Shown here piece after piece: positions 13,881 to 23,174 of a stretch of 64,000 bases of DNA (position 1 is its first letter; each line of letters starts with the position of its first letter). The position numbers and the translations under genes are program-made. Origin of the DNA: an uncultured Trueperaceae bacterium (GTDB lineage: Bacteria; Deinococcota; Deinococci; Deinococcales; Trueperaceae); the NCBI GenBank assembly GCA_963727505.1, contig CAVSGP010000009.1, positions 192,001 through 256,000 of the forward strand, given 5' to 3'. Under the pieces are notes generated by a model. It was not told the DNA's origin. It saw only the letters and a program-made list of their open reading frames with translations, and ran no database searches.

Positions 13881-14501
13881 ATGGGCAAGAAGCTCGCCAT
13901 CGGATGCCTCAGCGTCTTCGTGGTGCTGTTCCTGGCCGGCGGCATCTTCGCCTACGTGCGTTTCGTGCGCCCCGCCCAACAGGCCTTCGCCGCCGCCAAG
14001 CAGGTGGCCGCCTTCCAGTCGCTGGACCGCGACGTGCGCGAGCGCGGGGACTACCAACCCCCCGCGGACGGCGTGCTACAGGCCGACCAGGTGGAGCGCT
14101 TCGTGGCCGTCCAGTCCGCCATCTCTGGTGACCTCCAGGGACGCGTGGACGAGCTCGATCGTCGCTACAAGGCCCTCCACGACAGCGGTCGAGAGCCCGG
14201 CTTCCGGGAGCTGGCGCGCGCCTGGTCCGACGTCGCGGGCCTGCTGGTGGAGGCCAAGCGCAGCCAGGTGAGTGCCCTCAACCGCAATAGCTTCTCCCTC
14301 GCGGAGTACGCCTGGGTGCGCGGGCAAGTCCTACGGGCCGCCGGTTACGCGGTGTATCGTGTGGACCCATCGCAGCTCGCCTCGGGGCGGGGGAACGTCC
14401 CCGTCGAGGAGGCACCCGTGCCGGCCGCCAACGTGGAGCTGGTGGCCCCCCACGCCGAGGCGCTCGACGCCGCCTTCGCCCTCTCGGTCTTCGGCCTGTG
14501 A
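13881..14501 (+). CDS. Hypothetical protein with N-terminal membrane anchor and helical soluble domain
   Basis: MGKKLAIGCLSVFVVLFLAGGIFAYVRF single TM; 3 nt after the previous stop. Confidence 0.8.
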   Translation: MGKKLAIGCLSVFVVLFLAGGIFAYVRFVRPAQQAFAAAKQVAAFQSLDRDVRERGDYQPPADGVLQADQVERFVAVQSAISGDLQGRVDELDRRYKALHDSGREPGFRELARAWSDVAGLLVEAKRSQVSALNRNSFSLAEYAWVRGQVLRAAGYAVYRVDPSQLASGRGNVPVEEAPVPAANVELVAPHAEALDAAFALSVFGL

Positions 14502-14577
14502 CGTCCCTGGCGCCCCCGGCGCCCGCCCCCCGTTCCGGCGCCGCCGAGCGCCCGCCATCCGTTGGAGGGAGACCCCG

Positions 14578-16983
14578 ATGACACGACGCCCCCCTCGCCA
14601 TCACGTCCGTCCGGCCGCCGGCGCCGGATCGGTTCGGCGCTGGGCCCGCCTCCTCGCGGTGCTCGTGCTGCTGGTCGCCCCCACCGTGGCCACCGCGCAG
14701 GGCGACGCGTCGGGGCGTCCGGTGTGGCTGCAGGACCTGGACCGTTACGTCGCGATCGTGCGCGCAGGGGTCGACGACACCGAGCCCGGGCGCCGGTCGC
14801 TCGATGATCTGAGCCTCGAGCTGGCGATGGAGGAGCCGGATGCCATCGTCGACTGGGTGCGGAGCCACGTCGCGTACCAACCGTACGCGGGGGTGCTGCG
14901 CGGGCCCGAGGGCACCATCGTCACCGGTGCCGGCAACGCCTGGGATCAGGCCCTGCTCCTCGCCACGCTCCTCAAGGACGCGGCGTTCGACGCCCGCATC
15001 GCCTACGCACGGTTGCCCGAGGGTGCCGCGGCGCGCCTGCTGGCCGCGGTCGCGGCACCGCCGAGCGCGGCGCCCGACGTCGCCGTCCCGCTGGGAGAGC
15101 TCGGCACGGTCTTGGGCTTCGATCCGGACCAGGCCGAGGCCTGGATCGCCGAAGCCGACAGGCAGCTCGGCGAGCTGCGGGACCGGAGCGATGCCATGGC
15201 GGATAGCCTGCTCGCGGCGCTGGAGGGCGCGGGCGTCGAGATCGGCGGCGACGCGTCGGAGCGGGCCGCGCTGCTCGCCGACGCCGAGGACTACGCGTGG
15301 GTCCAGGTGCGGCTTCCGGGCGGCGACTGGCGCGACGTGCACCCCGCGTTCCCGGAGGCGCCCTCGGATCTCTCGCTCGAGCCCGCCGGCGTCCTCGAGG
15401 ACGCCGTGCCCCCCGAACACCAACACCGCCTGCGTATCGAGCTGGTGCTCGAGCAGCGCCTGGGCGACCGCCTGGAGGAGAAACCCCTGATGCAACCGTG
15501 GGAGCGCCCCACGGCCAACCTCTTCGGTCTTCCGCTCACCATTGACATCTCCGCCGACGGCATGGACGACGCCGCCTACGCCGCCGGCGACGCCCAGGCC
15601 GTGCTGGACGCCACGCACTTCTTCGCCCCCAGTTTCAACGGGGCGTTGCCCCCAGGGGGCAAGGTCTTCGACCTCGCCGGGCGGGTCGTGCCGCCCGACG
15701 CCGCCGGGAACGTCGCCGCGGCGCTCTTCCAGACCGTCTCAAACGCAGCCAACAAGGCCGCGAGCGCCCTGGGCGACCTGGGCGGCAACGACGCCGAGGA
15801 CGACGCCGGCGCGATGGCGTTGGCCTCCGTGTTCGTGCGCTACACGCTCATCCTCCCGGGCGGCGAGGAGCGCAGCGTGCGGCGCGACCTGCTCGATCGG
15901 GTGGGCGCCGCCAACCGCGCCCGCGGGAGCAGCGCGTTCGGCAACGACATGAGCGAGATCGACATGCTCGAGGCGCTACAGGGAAGCACCACGCTCATGG
16001 CCATGACCGGCTCGTTCAGCGAGGCGTACAGCCTCCGGCGCGCCCTGGACGCCACCGTGGCTGTGCGTGACGAGCTTGCCCGCATCGACGAGGCGCTGCG
16101 CTCCGACTCGTTCCGGAGCTACCGCCCCACCACGGAGCTCGCCGACGCCACGCGCCCCATGGCGCACGTGCGGCTGTTCGACCTCTTCGATGCCGGGACC
16201 GCGCCCGAGGGCGCGGTGGTCTTCCGTCCCGCACCGACGCTGGTGGCGTTCGAGCAGCACTGGCCCCAGGGTCGCGACGTGGTCGACGTGATCGCCAACC
16301 CCACGAGGGCGCTGACCATGGGCGAAGACGGCCCGGCGCCGTTGCCGCGGGAGGTCCTGCGGCGCGGTGTGTGGGAGACCCGCACCGAGGGGCTCCCGCT
16401 GGCGGGCGACGGGATCGCCCGCCACGGCGCCTTCGACAGCGTCGCGGCGGCGCTCGACGATGGCGCGACGCTCGCGGTGGTGCGCGACGCAGCGCGCCTG
16501 CCGGGCGACTGGCCCGCGCGGAGCCGGGCCGCCGCGGCGCGCGATATCGAGGCGGGGTACGTGGTGCTCTTGCCGGAGGGTCCGCCGGCCGACGGTCGGG
16601 AGCCGGCTTGGTTCCGCGTCGACCCCGGGCGCGGCGTGGCCCTGGGGCTCGCCGGCGCGGGTCGGGGGCAGGAGGCCACCGAGTACCTGGTGACCGAGAC
16701 GCTCAGCTTCTTCAACGACTACGCGGGCATCGCCCTGATGGTCCGCGACCTCCACGCCTGCGACGCGAAGCCGAAGCTGAGCGAGAGGGTGTGCTGCCTG
16801 ATGGAGGTCTACGTCAACAACGTGATCGTGGGGATGCCCCTCGGGGCGGCCGTCGGCGGCGCCTTCGGCGTGGCCGGCAGCACCATGCTGACGGCCATGA
16901 GCGCGGCCAACGCGGTCCCGAACTTCGCGGCGAACATGGGCGTCTGCGAGGTCATCGACCCAACGAATCTCGATGACCTGTGA
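14578..16983 (+). CDS. Secreted transglutaminase-like domain protein
   Basis: Signal peptide (LLAVLVLLVAPTVATA-Q); WVRSHVAYQPYAGVLRGPEGTIVTGAGNAWDQALLLATLL TGase-core-like segment; YAWVQV..WRDVHP; RBS GGAGGGAG. Confidence 0.75.
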   Translation: MTRRPPRHHVRPAAGAGSVRRWARLLAVLVLLVAPTVATAQGDASGRPVWLQDLDRYVAIVRAGVDDTEPGRRSLDDLSLELAMEEPDAIVDWVRSHVAYQPYAGVLRGPEGTIVTGAGNAWDQALLLATLLKDAAFDARIAYARLPEGAAARLLAAVAAPPSAAPDVAVPLGELGTVLGFDPDQAEAWIAEADRQLGELRDRSDAMADSLLAALEGAGVEIGGDASERAALLADAEDYAWVQVRLPGGDWRDVHPAFPEAPSDLSLEPAGVLEDAVPPEHQHRLRIELVLEQRLGDRLEEKPLMQPWERPTANLFGLPLTIDISADGMDDAAYAAGDAQAVLDATHFFAPSFNGALPPGGKVFDLAGRVVPPDAAGNVAAALFQTVSNAANKAASALGDLGGNDAEDDAGAMALASVFVRYTLILPGGEERSVRRDLLDRVGAANRARGSSAFGNDMSEIDMLEALQGSTTLMAMTGSFSEAYSLRRALDATVAVRDELARIDEALRSDSFRSYRPTTELADATRPMAHVRLFDLFDAGTAPEGAVVFRPAPTLVAFEQHWPQGRDVVDVIANPTRALTMGEDGPAPLPREVLRRGVWETRTEGLPLAGDGIARHGAFDSVAAALDDGATLAVVRDAARLPGDWPARSRAAAARDIEAGYVVLLPEGPPADGREPAWFRVDPGRGVALGLAGAGRGQEATEYLVTETLSFFNDYAGIALMVRDLHACDAKPKLSERVCCLMEVYVNNVIVGMPLGAAVGGAFGVAGSTMLTAMSAANAVPNFAANMGVCEVIDPTNLDDL

Positions 16984-16996
16984 GGGTAGGGGCGCC

Positions 16997-19900
16997 ATGA
17001 CCAAGGGCCTCCCGCAACACCAGACGGGTCGCCGATCCGGCACCCACGATGGCGGGGCCGGGCGCGCGCGGGAGACGTTCGGCTTCGCCCGCTGGTTGCT
17101 CGTGCTGATCGTCGGCGTGACGATGGGCGCGGCGTACGCCCAGGACTGCACGCTCGAGACCGAGCCCAACGACGTGCCGGCCGACGCCGACACGCTCGAG
17201 GGGCACGCCTGCCTGGTGGGCGAGATGGCGGGGCAGGACCAGGATGCCTACCTCTGGACCGTGACCGAGGAGGACGCCGCCACGCCCTGGGTCGTCGAGA
17301 CCGAGGGGATCGCGGGTCAGGTAACCAAGGTCGACCTGTTGCGCGTGGCCTTCGCCGACAACGGTCGCGACGTGACCGGCGTCGAGACCCTCGGCAGCTT
17401 CGGAACGAGTGACGGCAGCCTGCAGGCCGGCCCCCCGTTCCTGATCGCTCCCGGGCGCTACGTCCTGGGCGTCTCCAAGAGCGGGGGCGAGGGTCAGTAC
17501 GTCGTCCACCTGCGGCCGGGGGAGGAGCTGCGGCGCGGCCGCCGCCCGGGCCAGGGGGCCGGCCCGGCGGAGAACGCGTTCGCGCACTTTGGCGTGCTGG
17601 ACGGGGAGCTCGAGCTGGATTGGACGGTGGCGGCCGACGGCCCACCGAGCCGCTGGGACATCGAGCTGCGTACGGCCCTGGGCGAAGCGGCGACGCTGGT
17701 GCTGAGCGCGCCGGACGGCGCCACCGTGGCGGAGGCCTCTGCGGACGCGTTGGGCCGGGCAGCACTCCGGTCGCTGGGGCCCGGGGCCGGCGACTACCGC
17801 ATCGTCGTGCGCGGCGCCTCCGGCGGCGCGCCCTACACGCTGGCCGCCGTGCCGACGGGCGTGCTCACCGACGGCGACGAGGTGGAGCCCAACGACGACT
17901 GGAGCCAGGCCAACGTGCTGACCCTGGACCGTCCGATGCACGCCGCCGGCCCGGGCTCGGACACCTTCGTCCTCGACGTGCCGCCCGAGCGGCTCGGGCA
18001 GACCTTCGACCTGAACGTCGGCGGCCAGGCGAACCTCGATGTCCGCCTGTTCGACGCCGATCGGCGCCCCCTGCAGGAGCGCCGCGGGACCTCGGGCGCG
18101 TTGCGCGGCCTGGTGCTGGATCAGGGGCGCTACTTCGTCACGGTGCGGGCACCGGACGACGGGGGTTACACCCTCTCCTTCGCGGGCGCGGCCCCCCCCG
18201 AGGAGGGCAGCGAGAGCGAACCCAACGACGCGCTCGTGGCGGCCGATCCGCTCTCGGACGCGCGGACCGTGCGCGGCGAGTTGCAGCCCCAGGACAAGGA
18301 TGTCTACCGCTTCACCGTCGGCGCACCCACGCAGCTCTGGCGCATCCAGGCGGTGGGTCCGGGCGTGCGCACGCTCGCCACCTACGACGCCGGGGGCGCG
18401 CGCCAGGCGTCGCAGCGCGGTGAAGGGCGCATCCGACTGGACAACCTGGTGCTGCTGCCGGGGGAGCACTACATCGAGGTCACCGGCGACGAGGGGCGCT
18501 ACGCGCTGCGCGCGCTGCCGATCGGGCCCGTGCCGGAGGCCGATCGGGCCGCGGCTGCGCCGCCGCTCGACGACGAGCCAGCGCTCGAGCCGGCGGCCGC
18601 GGCGCCGCCATCCGAGCCCGAGGCCATCGAGCCCGCGGGTCCGCCACCGCCCCCCGGGCTGTCCGAGCTCGAGCCCAACGACGATGAGAGCCGCGCCGAG
18701 CTCTTGGAGTCCTCGGTCGTGCGCGTCGGAGCGCTCCCCGGCCAGGACGACGTCGACATGTACCGCTTCTACCTGGCCAGCGACCAGTACCTGCGTATCG
18801 AGGCGGTACCGCCCGCCGACGGCAGCGTCTTCTTCGACGTGCCTGAGGTGGGCATCCGGGCGCAGCCCGGCGCGCTCGGCGAGAGCGCCGTGCTCGAACG
18901 CCGTTTTCTCGCGGGCAACTACTTCCTGCGTCTGCGCCCGGACATCGCGTCGGACGGGTACTACCAGCTGCGCATGACGCAGCTCGACCCCCTGGCGCTG
19001 CCCGCGGACGCCGAGCCCAACGACGACGTCGCCACGGCCAACCGCCTGCCCGCGGACCTGGTCGTTCCCGGTCGCGTAGGCGAGATCAACGGCGACGACT
19101 TCTACACCCTCCCCACCTTTGCCACCGCCACGACGCTGCATGTCGAGCTCGAGAACGACGATGCGGGGGTGCGGCTCGCGCTGCTGGGCGAGGGTGCGCC
19201 GCGTCTCGACGGGGGCGAGCCGGGCGCCTTCGATGCCGAGCTTCCGGCGGACACCCCGCTGGCGCTGCGCGTGTCGGGGCGCGGTCGCTACCGCATGACA
19301 CTCGCGTTCGGGGCTGAGGTCGACCCCTCCCAGCTCCGGCCGCCGGAAGGCGACACCCGCACCAGTGCCAGCTTCGCGCAGCCCGACTCCCGCGTGGCCG
19401 CGTACTGGCACGAGGGCCAGGTGTGGACCGGCGAGCTCACCCTGGAGAACGGGGCGGACCGCGCGCAGAGCTACGCGCTCCAGGCCGCGTCCAGCAATGT
19501 GGACTTCATCCCCGAGGTGCCGGCCACGTTCGATCTCGGCCCCGGCGAGCGCGGCAGCGTACCGGTGACGGTGCGCATCGCGCCCGACGCCCGCGACGAC
19601 CAGCCGGTACGCATCACCGTGGGCGCGCGAAGTGAGATCGGCTTGGTGACGGCCGCGGCACGGATCGCTCCCGCCTGCGAGGCGCCGCCGGTGGCGCCTC
19701 GCCCGTCGTGGGCGCTGCCGGAGCCGCTGCTCGGACGCCTGGACGTGGCCTGGACGGGGTTGGGTGCGTCCGTGGTGGACGACTCCGGCCGCGACGCCGA
19801 GCTCTTCGACGGGCGCACCTCCCCGGCGACCGGCGTGCACCACGCCGTGGGGGAGTCCGTGACGATCGACCTCGCGGGGGACGAGCCGATCCTCCTGGCA

Positions 19901-22363
19901 GGTACCACCCTTCACCCCCAGGCGGGCTCGGCCGTCCGGCGCCAGCTCCGCGACTTCCGGGTCCTCGTCTCACTCGACGGCTCGAGCTTCACGCCCGTTC
20001 TCGAGGGGCGTCTGTCCGCCGCCCGCGTCGAGCAGGCGTTCGTGTTCGAGGAGCCGGTGCCGGCGCGTTACGCGCGCCTCGAGTACGGTGCCGACCAGGG
20101 TGGCCGCACCGATGGTTCCCTGGGGGAGTGGAAGCTCATCGCGGCCGAGGACGCGCCGCTGCCGGCCGCCAACCTCGCCGATCCCGCCCTTGGCGGCCAC
20201 GTGGTGTGGTCGGACCCGTTGGTGCCGCAGGCGCGCGGCCACGCCAGCCTTCTCGACGAGGAGGCCAACCGCCCCAGCGTCGACGGGCGCGGCGTCGACG
20301 CGGCCGTGTGGGTGGTGGGCTTCCAGCACGACCGCGCCGGCCAGGTCGCGCGCCTCGAGTGGGCGGAGTCGCCCGACAGCCGGCCCGAAGGACAGTTCCA
20401 GGACGTGGTGGTGGAGGCAAGCCTCACCTCCCCGGTGGGCCCGTGGCGCCCGCTCGCCTCCTGGGAGTTGCAGCGGGATGCTGCGGGAGTCGCCGTCCTG
20501 AGCCTCGACGAGCCCATCTGGGCCCGGTACCTGCGGTTCACCGCCCGCGGCCAGCAGGAGGGTGCGCGCACGCTCTTCCCGCCCGACACGCTGCGGGTGA
20601 TCGAGCGCGCGGCGGGGGACGGCTACCGCTCCATCCTCGGCGAGTGGGGGCAGTACCGGCGGGAGGCGGCCTACGAGTGGACGCGCGACCGCGCCCCCGC
20701 CGCCGCCGTGACCGAGGCCGATGACAACGACACGCGGGAGGCGGCCCAACCCCTCGCCACGGGCGAGGTCGCGGAGGGCACGGTGGCGGTCGCCGAGGAC
20801 GTGGACTGGTACCGCGTGACGGTGCCAGACGGGCAGAACCACCTTGAGCTGCGGCTCGAAGGCGACCCCACCATCGCCTACATCTACGACCTGACCGACG
20901 CGGACGGTGCACCGGTGCCGTACGAGGAGTCGGCGGACGGCGACGCCGTGGTGCTACGCGCCTTCGTCGAGCCGGGCACGTACGACCTCCGGCTGTCCGA
21001 ACCCAAGCGCTCGGTGATCTTCGCCTGGGACACGAGCGGAAGCGTGGGGCCGTACACGCCCATCACCTACGCCTCGCTGGCGCGCTTCGCCCGCGACCTG
21101 GACCCGGAGCGGGAGTACGTGCAGCTCCTGGCCTTCAACGACCCGGCGCCGATCTGGTTGCTGCCCTACTGGAGCGCCGATCCCACCCGCGCGCAGCAGG
21201 CGATCAACGACTTCGATCGCGACGCCGATTCGAGCAACTCCGAGCTCGCCCTCCTCACCGCCAGCCGGGCGCTGTCCCAGCGCGAGGGCACGCGCGCCGT
21301 GCTGTTCATGACCGATGCGGAGTCCCCGGGCTACGCGCTGACGCCCGCGCTGTGGCGCAGCCTGGAGCAGACGCGGCCGCGCGTATTCACCTTCGAGATC
21401 AGCACCTCCGGCTCGGACTACTCGCAGGACCTGATGCAGTCCTGGGCCGACGTGAACCACGGCTTCTACGACTACGCCCGCAACGTGGGCGATTTCGACG
21501 TCGGCTTCGCGCGGGCGAGCTGCCTGCTCCGGCGCCCCAAGCGCTACCGCGTCGAGGTCACCACCAGTGCCGAGACGCCGCCCGGGCCCGGGAAGATCCG
21601 CGTGGTCGCGGGAGCGGGCGCGACGCTGCCGGCCGTAGAGGTCATCCTCGACGCCTCGGGCTCGATGGGGAAGAAGCTCCCCGACGGCACCTCGCGGATC
21701 GACGCGGCGCGCGGTGTGCTGAGAGACTTCGTGTCGGAGGTGGTGCCCGAGGGCACGCCCTTCGCGCTGCGGGCCTTCGGGCACATCAAGCCGTCGTCGT
21801 GCGAGACCCGGCTGGAGATGCCGCTCGCGCCCCTCGACGCCGGGGCCGCCTCCGACGTGATCGATGCCATCGAACCCAAGCTGCTATCGCAAACGCCGCT
21901 GGCGGACTCCATCGCCGCCGTGGCCGAGGACCTCGAGGGCGCGCCAGCGGGCGGCACGCTGCTGCTGCTCACCGACGGCGAGGAGTCCTGCGGGGGCGAC
22001 CCTGCGGCGGCGCTGGTCGCGCTTCGAGACGCGGGCGTCGACGTTCGGCTCGCCATCGTGTCCCTGGGTCTGGAGGAGGATGCCGCGAGGGGCCGCTTCG
22101 GCGCCCTCGCCGAGGCGGCCGGGGGCAGCTACGTCGACGTCACCGGTGTGGATGCGCTGCGCGCATCCGTGACGGAGGCGGCGCACCCGGCCTTCGACGT
22201 CCTCTCGGCCGACGGGGCGGTCGTCGCGTCGGGCCGCGTCGGGGGGGACGCCGTCGAGGTGCCGGCGGGCGTCTACCGTGTGGTGGTCGGCGGCGCGCCC
22301 GCGTTCGAGGACGTGCGCGTCGGGGGGGACGCGTCCGTCGAGCTCGAGCTCGCCGCCCGTTGA
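16997..22363 (+). CDS. Giant secreted protein (~1790 aa): six E-x-E-P-N-D/PPC-like repeats, Ig-like and discoidin-like domains, two VWA domains
   Basis: Signal peptide ending AYA-Q; ETEPND, EVEPND, ESEPND, ELEPND, DAEPND, EADDND; MIDAS motifs WDTSGS and LDASGSM; LLLTDGEESCGGD. Confidence 0.85.
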   Translation: MTKGLPQHQTGRRSGTHDGGAGRARETFGFARWLLVLIVGVTMGAAYAQDCTLETEPNDVPADADTLEGHACLVGEMAGQDQDAYLWTVTEEDAATPWVVETEGIAGQVTKVDLLRVAFADNGRDVTGVETLGSFGTSDGSLQAGPPFLIAPGRYVLGVSKSGGEGQYVVHLRPGEELRRGRRPGQGAGPAENAFAHFGVLDGELELDWTVAADGPPSRWDIELRTALGEAATLVLSAPDGATVAEASADALGRAALRSLGPGAGDYRIVVRGASGGAPYTLAAVPTGVLTDGDEVEPNDDWSQANVLTLDRPMHAAGPGSDTFVLDVPPERLGQTFDLNVGGQANLDVRLFDADRRPLQERRGTSGALRGLVLDQGRYFVTVRAPDDGGYTLSFAGAAPPEEGSESEPNDALVAADPLSDARTVRGELQPQDKDVYRFTVGAPTQLWRIQAVGPGVRTLATYDAGGARQASQRGEGRIRLDNLVLLPGEHYIEVTGDEGRYALRALPIGPVPEADRAAAAPPLDDEPALEPAAAAPPSEPEAIEPAGPPPPPGLSELEPNDDESRAELLESSVVRVGALPGQDDVDMYRFYLASDQYLRIEAVPPADGSVFFDVPEVGIRAQPGALGESAVLERRFLAGNYFLRLRPDIASDGYYQLRMTQLDPLALPADAEPNDDVATANRLPADLVVPGRVGEINGDDFYTLPTFATATTLHVELENDDAGVRLALLGEGAPRLDGGEPGAFDAELPADTPLALRVSGRGRYRMTLAFGAEVDPSQLRPPEGDTRTSASFAQPDSRVAAYWHEGQVWTGELTLENGADRAQSYALQAASSNVDFIPEVPATFDLGPGERGSVPVTVRIAPDARDDQPVRITVGARSEIGLVTAAARIAPACEAPPVAPRPSWALPEPLLGRLDVAWTGLGASVVDDSGRDAELFDGRTSPATGVHHAVGESVTIDLAGDEPILLAGTTLHPQAGSAVRRQLRDFRVLVSLDGSSFTPVLEGRLSAARVEQAFVFEEPVPARYARLEYGADQGGRTDGSLGEWKLIAAEDAPLPAANLADPALGGHVVWSDPLVPQARGHASLLDEEANRPSVDGRGVDAAVWVVGFQHDRAGQVARLEWAESPDSRPEGQFQDVVVEASLTSPVGPWRPLASWELQRDAAGVAVLSLDEPIWARYLRFTARGQQEGARTLFPPDTLRVIERAAGDGYRSILGEWGQYRREAAYEWTRDRAPAAAVTEADDNDTREAAQPLATGEVAEGTVAVAEDVDWYRVTVPDGQNHLELRLEGDPTIAYIYDLTDADGAPVPYEESADGDAVVLRAFVEPGTYDLRLSEPKRSVIFAWDTSGSVGPYTPITYASLARFARDLDPEREYVQLLAFNDPAPIWLLPYWSADPTRAQQAINDFDRDADSSNSELALLTASRALSQREGTRAVLFMTDAESPGYALTPALWRSLEQTRPRVFTFEISTSGSDYSQDLMQSWADVNHGFYDYARNVGDFDVGFARASCLLRRPKRYRVEVTTSAETPPGPGKIRVVAGAGATLPAVEVILDASGSMGKKLPDGTSRIDAARGVLRDFVSEVVPEGTPFALRAFGHIKPSSCETRLEMPLAPLDAGAASDVIDAIEPKLLSQTPLADSIAAVAEDLEGAPAGGTLLLLTDGEESCGGDPAAALVALRDAGVDVRLAIVSLGLEEDAARGRFGALAEAAGGSYVDVTGVDALRASVTEAAHPAFDVLSADGAVVASGRVGGDAVEVPAGVYRVVVGGAPAFEDVRVGGDASVELELAAR

Positions 22364-22366
22364 CAG

Positions 22367-22398
22367 CCCCGCGGGCCGGCCACGGCCGGCCCGCGGGG
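22367..22398. terminator. GC-rich hairpin between convergent genes
   Basis: ccccgcgggccggc-cacg-gccggcccgcgggg, perfect 14-bp stem. Confidence 0.7.
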
Positions 22399-22426
22399 GG
22401 CGTTCGGACTCGTACGCGTTTCGGGG

Positions 22427-23101
22427 CTAGAACTCCGTGCGGATGGCCCCCACCACCTGATCCACGGCCGCGTTGGAGGCCTCGGCCAGCAGCGGGCCTA
22501 CCTCCGGATCGTCGTAGGCGATGCGGCCGGTGGGGATGCGGTTCACCGCTACGTTGGGGTTGGAGGCGTCGCCGGCGCCGGTCATCGACACCACCACCTC
22601 GCCGGTGATGATGTCCGTGGCGCGCACGTCCACCTCGACCTGGGCCGTGGTGGAGCCCAGCGTCACGCCCAGAAGGCTGACCGTGGGCTTCGCGATGGTG
22701 GCGCGCGTGACCACCCCGGTCACCACGTAGCCGGCGCCGGCGGCCTCCGCAAGCGCCACGGGGTCGAGGGACTCTAGCCCCTGTTGCGCGATCAGATCCT
22801 GCAGCTCGCTGCGCTCGACGATGGTGTAGCAGCCCGAGGCCTTCATGCGGGTGATGAGCCGCGCCGTCGCGGCCGACTCCACCCCGGTCACCGTGGTGCC
22901 GTACTGGGAGGTGGTGTTGTCGAACTCGAAGATCGCCACCACGGGGATCTCGCTGCTGGCGCAGGCCTCCGGACCGGCGTCCTCGACGGCTGCGGCGTCC
23001 TCAGCCTCCGTGGACGGCGCCTCCGTGGCGGTGGGCGCGCAGGCGGCGAGGAGCACGACCAACAGGGGTATCACGGTCAGTGCTATACGGCGTGGCATCA
23101 T
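22427..23101 (-). CDS. CsgG/HfaB-family lipoprotein
   Basis: Lipobox LLAAC; VAIFEFDN, YTIVERSEL..LIAQQ, GAGYVVTG.VT, VDVRATDIITGEVV motifs. Confidence 0.8.
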   Translation of the reverse strand: MMPRRIALTVIPLLVVLLAACAPTATEAPSTEAEDAAAVEDAGPEACASSEIPVVAIFEFDNTTSQYGTTVTGVESAATARLITRMKASGCYTIVERSELQDLIAQQGLESLDPVALAEAAGAGYVVTGVVTRATIAKPTVSLLGVTLGSTTAQVEVDVRATDIITGEVVVSMTGAGDASNPNVAVNRIPTGRIAYDDPEVGPLLAEASNAAVDQVVGAIRTEF

Positions 23102-23122
23102 GGCTCTCCTTTCGGCGACCGT

Positions 23123-23154
23123 AGCCTACATGTGGGTCGTCAACGCCCCGTCAA
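23123..23154 (-). promoter_or_regulatory. Tandem-repeat promoter P3: TTGAC-N6-TTGAC-N10-TAGGCT, driving the CsgG-like gene
   Basis: Minus strand ttgacggggcgttgacgacccacatgtaggct; RBS AAGGAGAG follows. Confidence 0.75.
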
Positions 23155-23174
23155 AGTGCCCGGGAACGCGGCCG

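Noticed and set aside
16952..19915. Very long antisense/alternate-frame ORFs (987 aa here; also 3570-6062, 37410-40256, 59730-62711 and others)
   Set aside because: Shadow ORFs of real genes in high-GC DNA; no family motifs, biased R/G/A/P/V/H/Q composition
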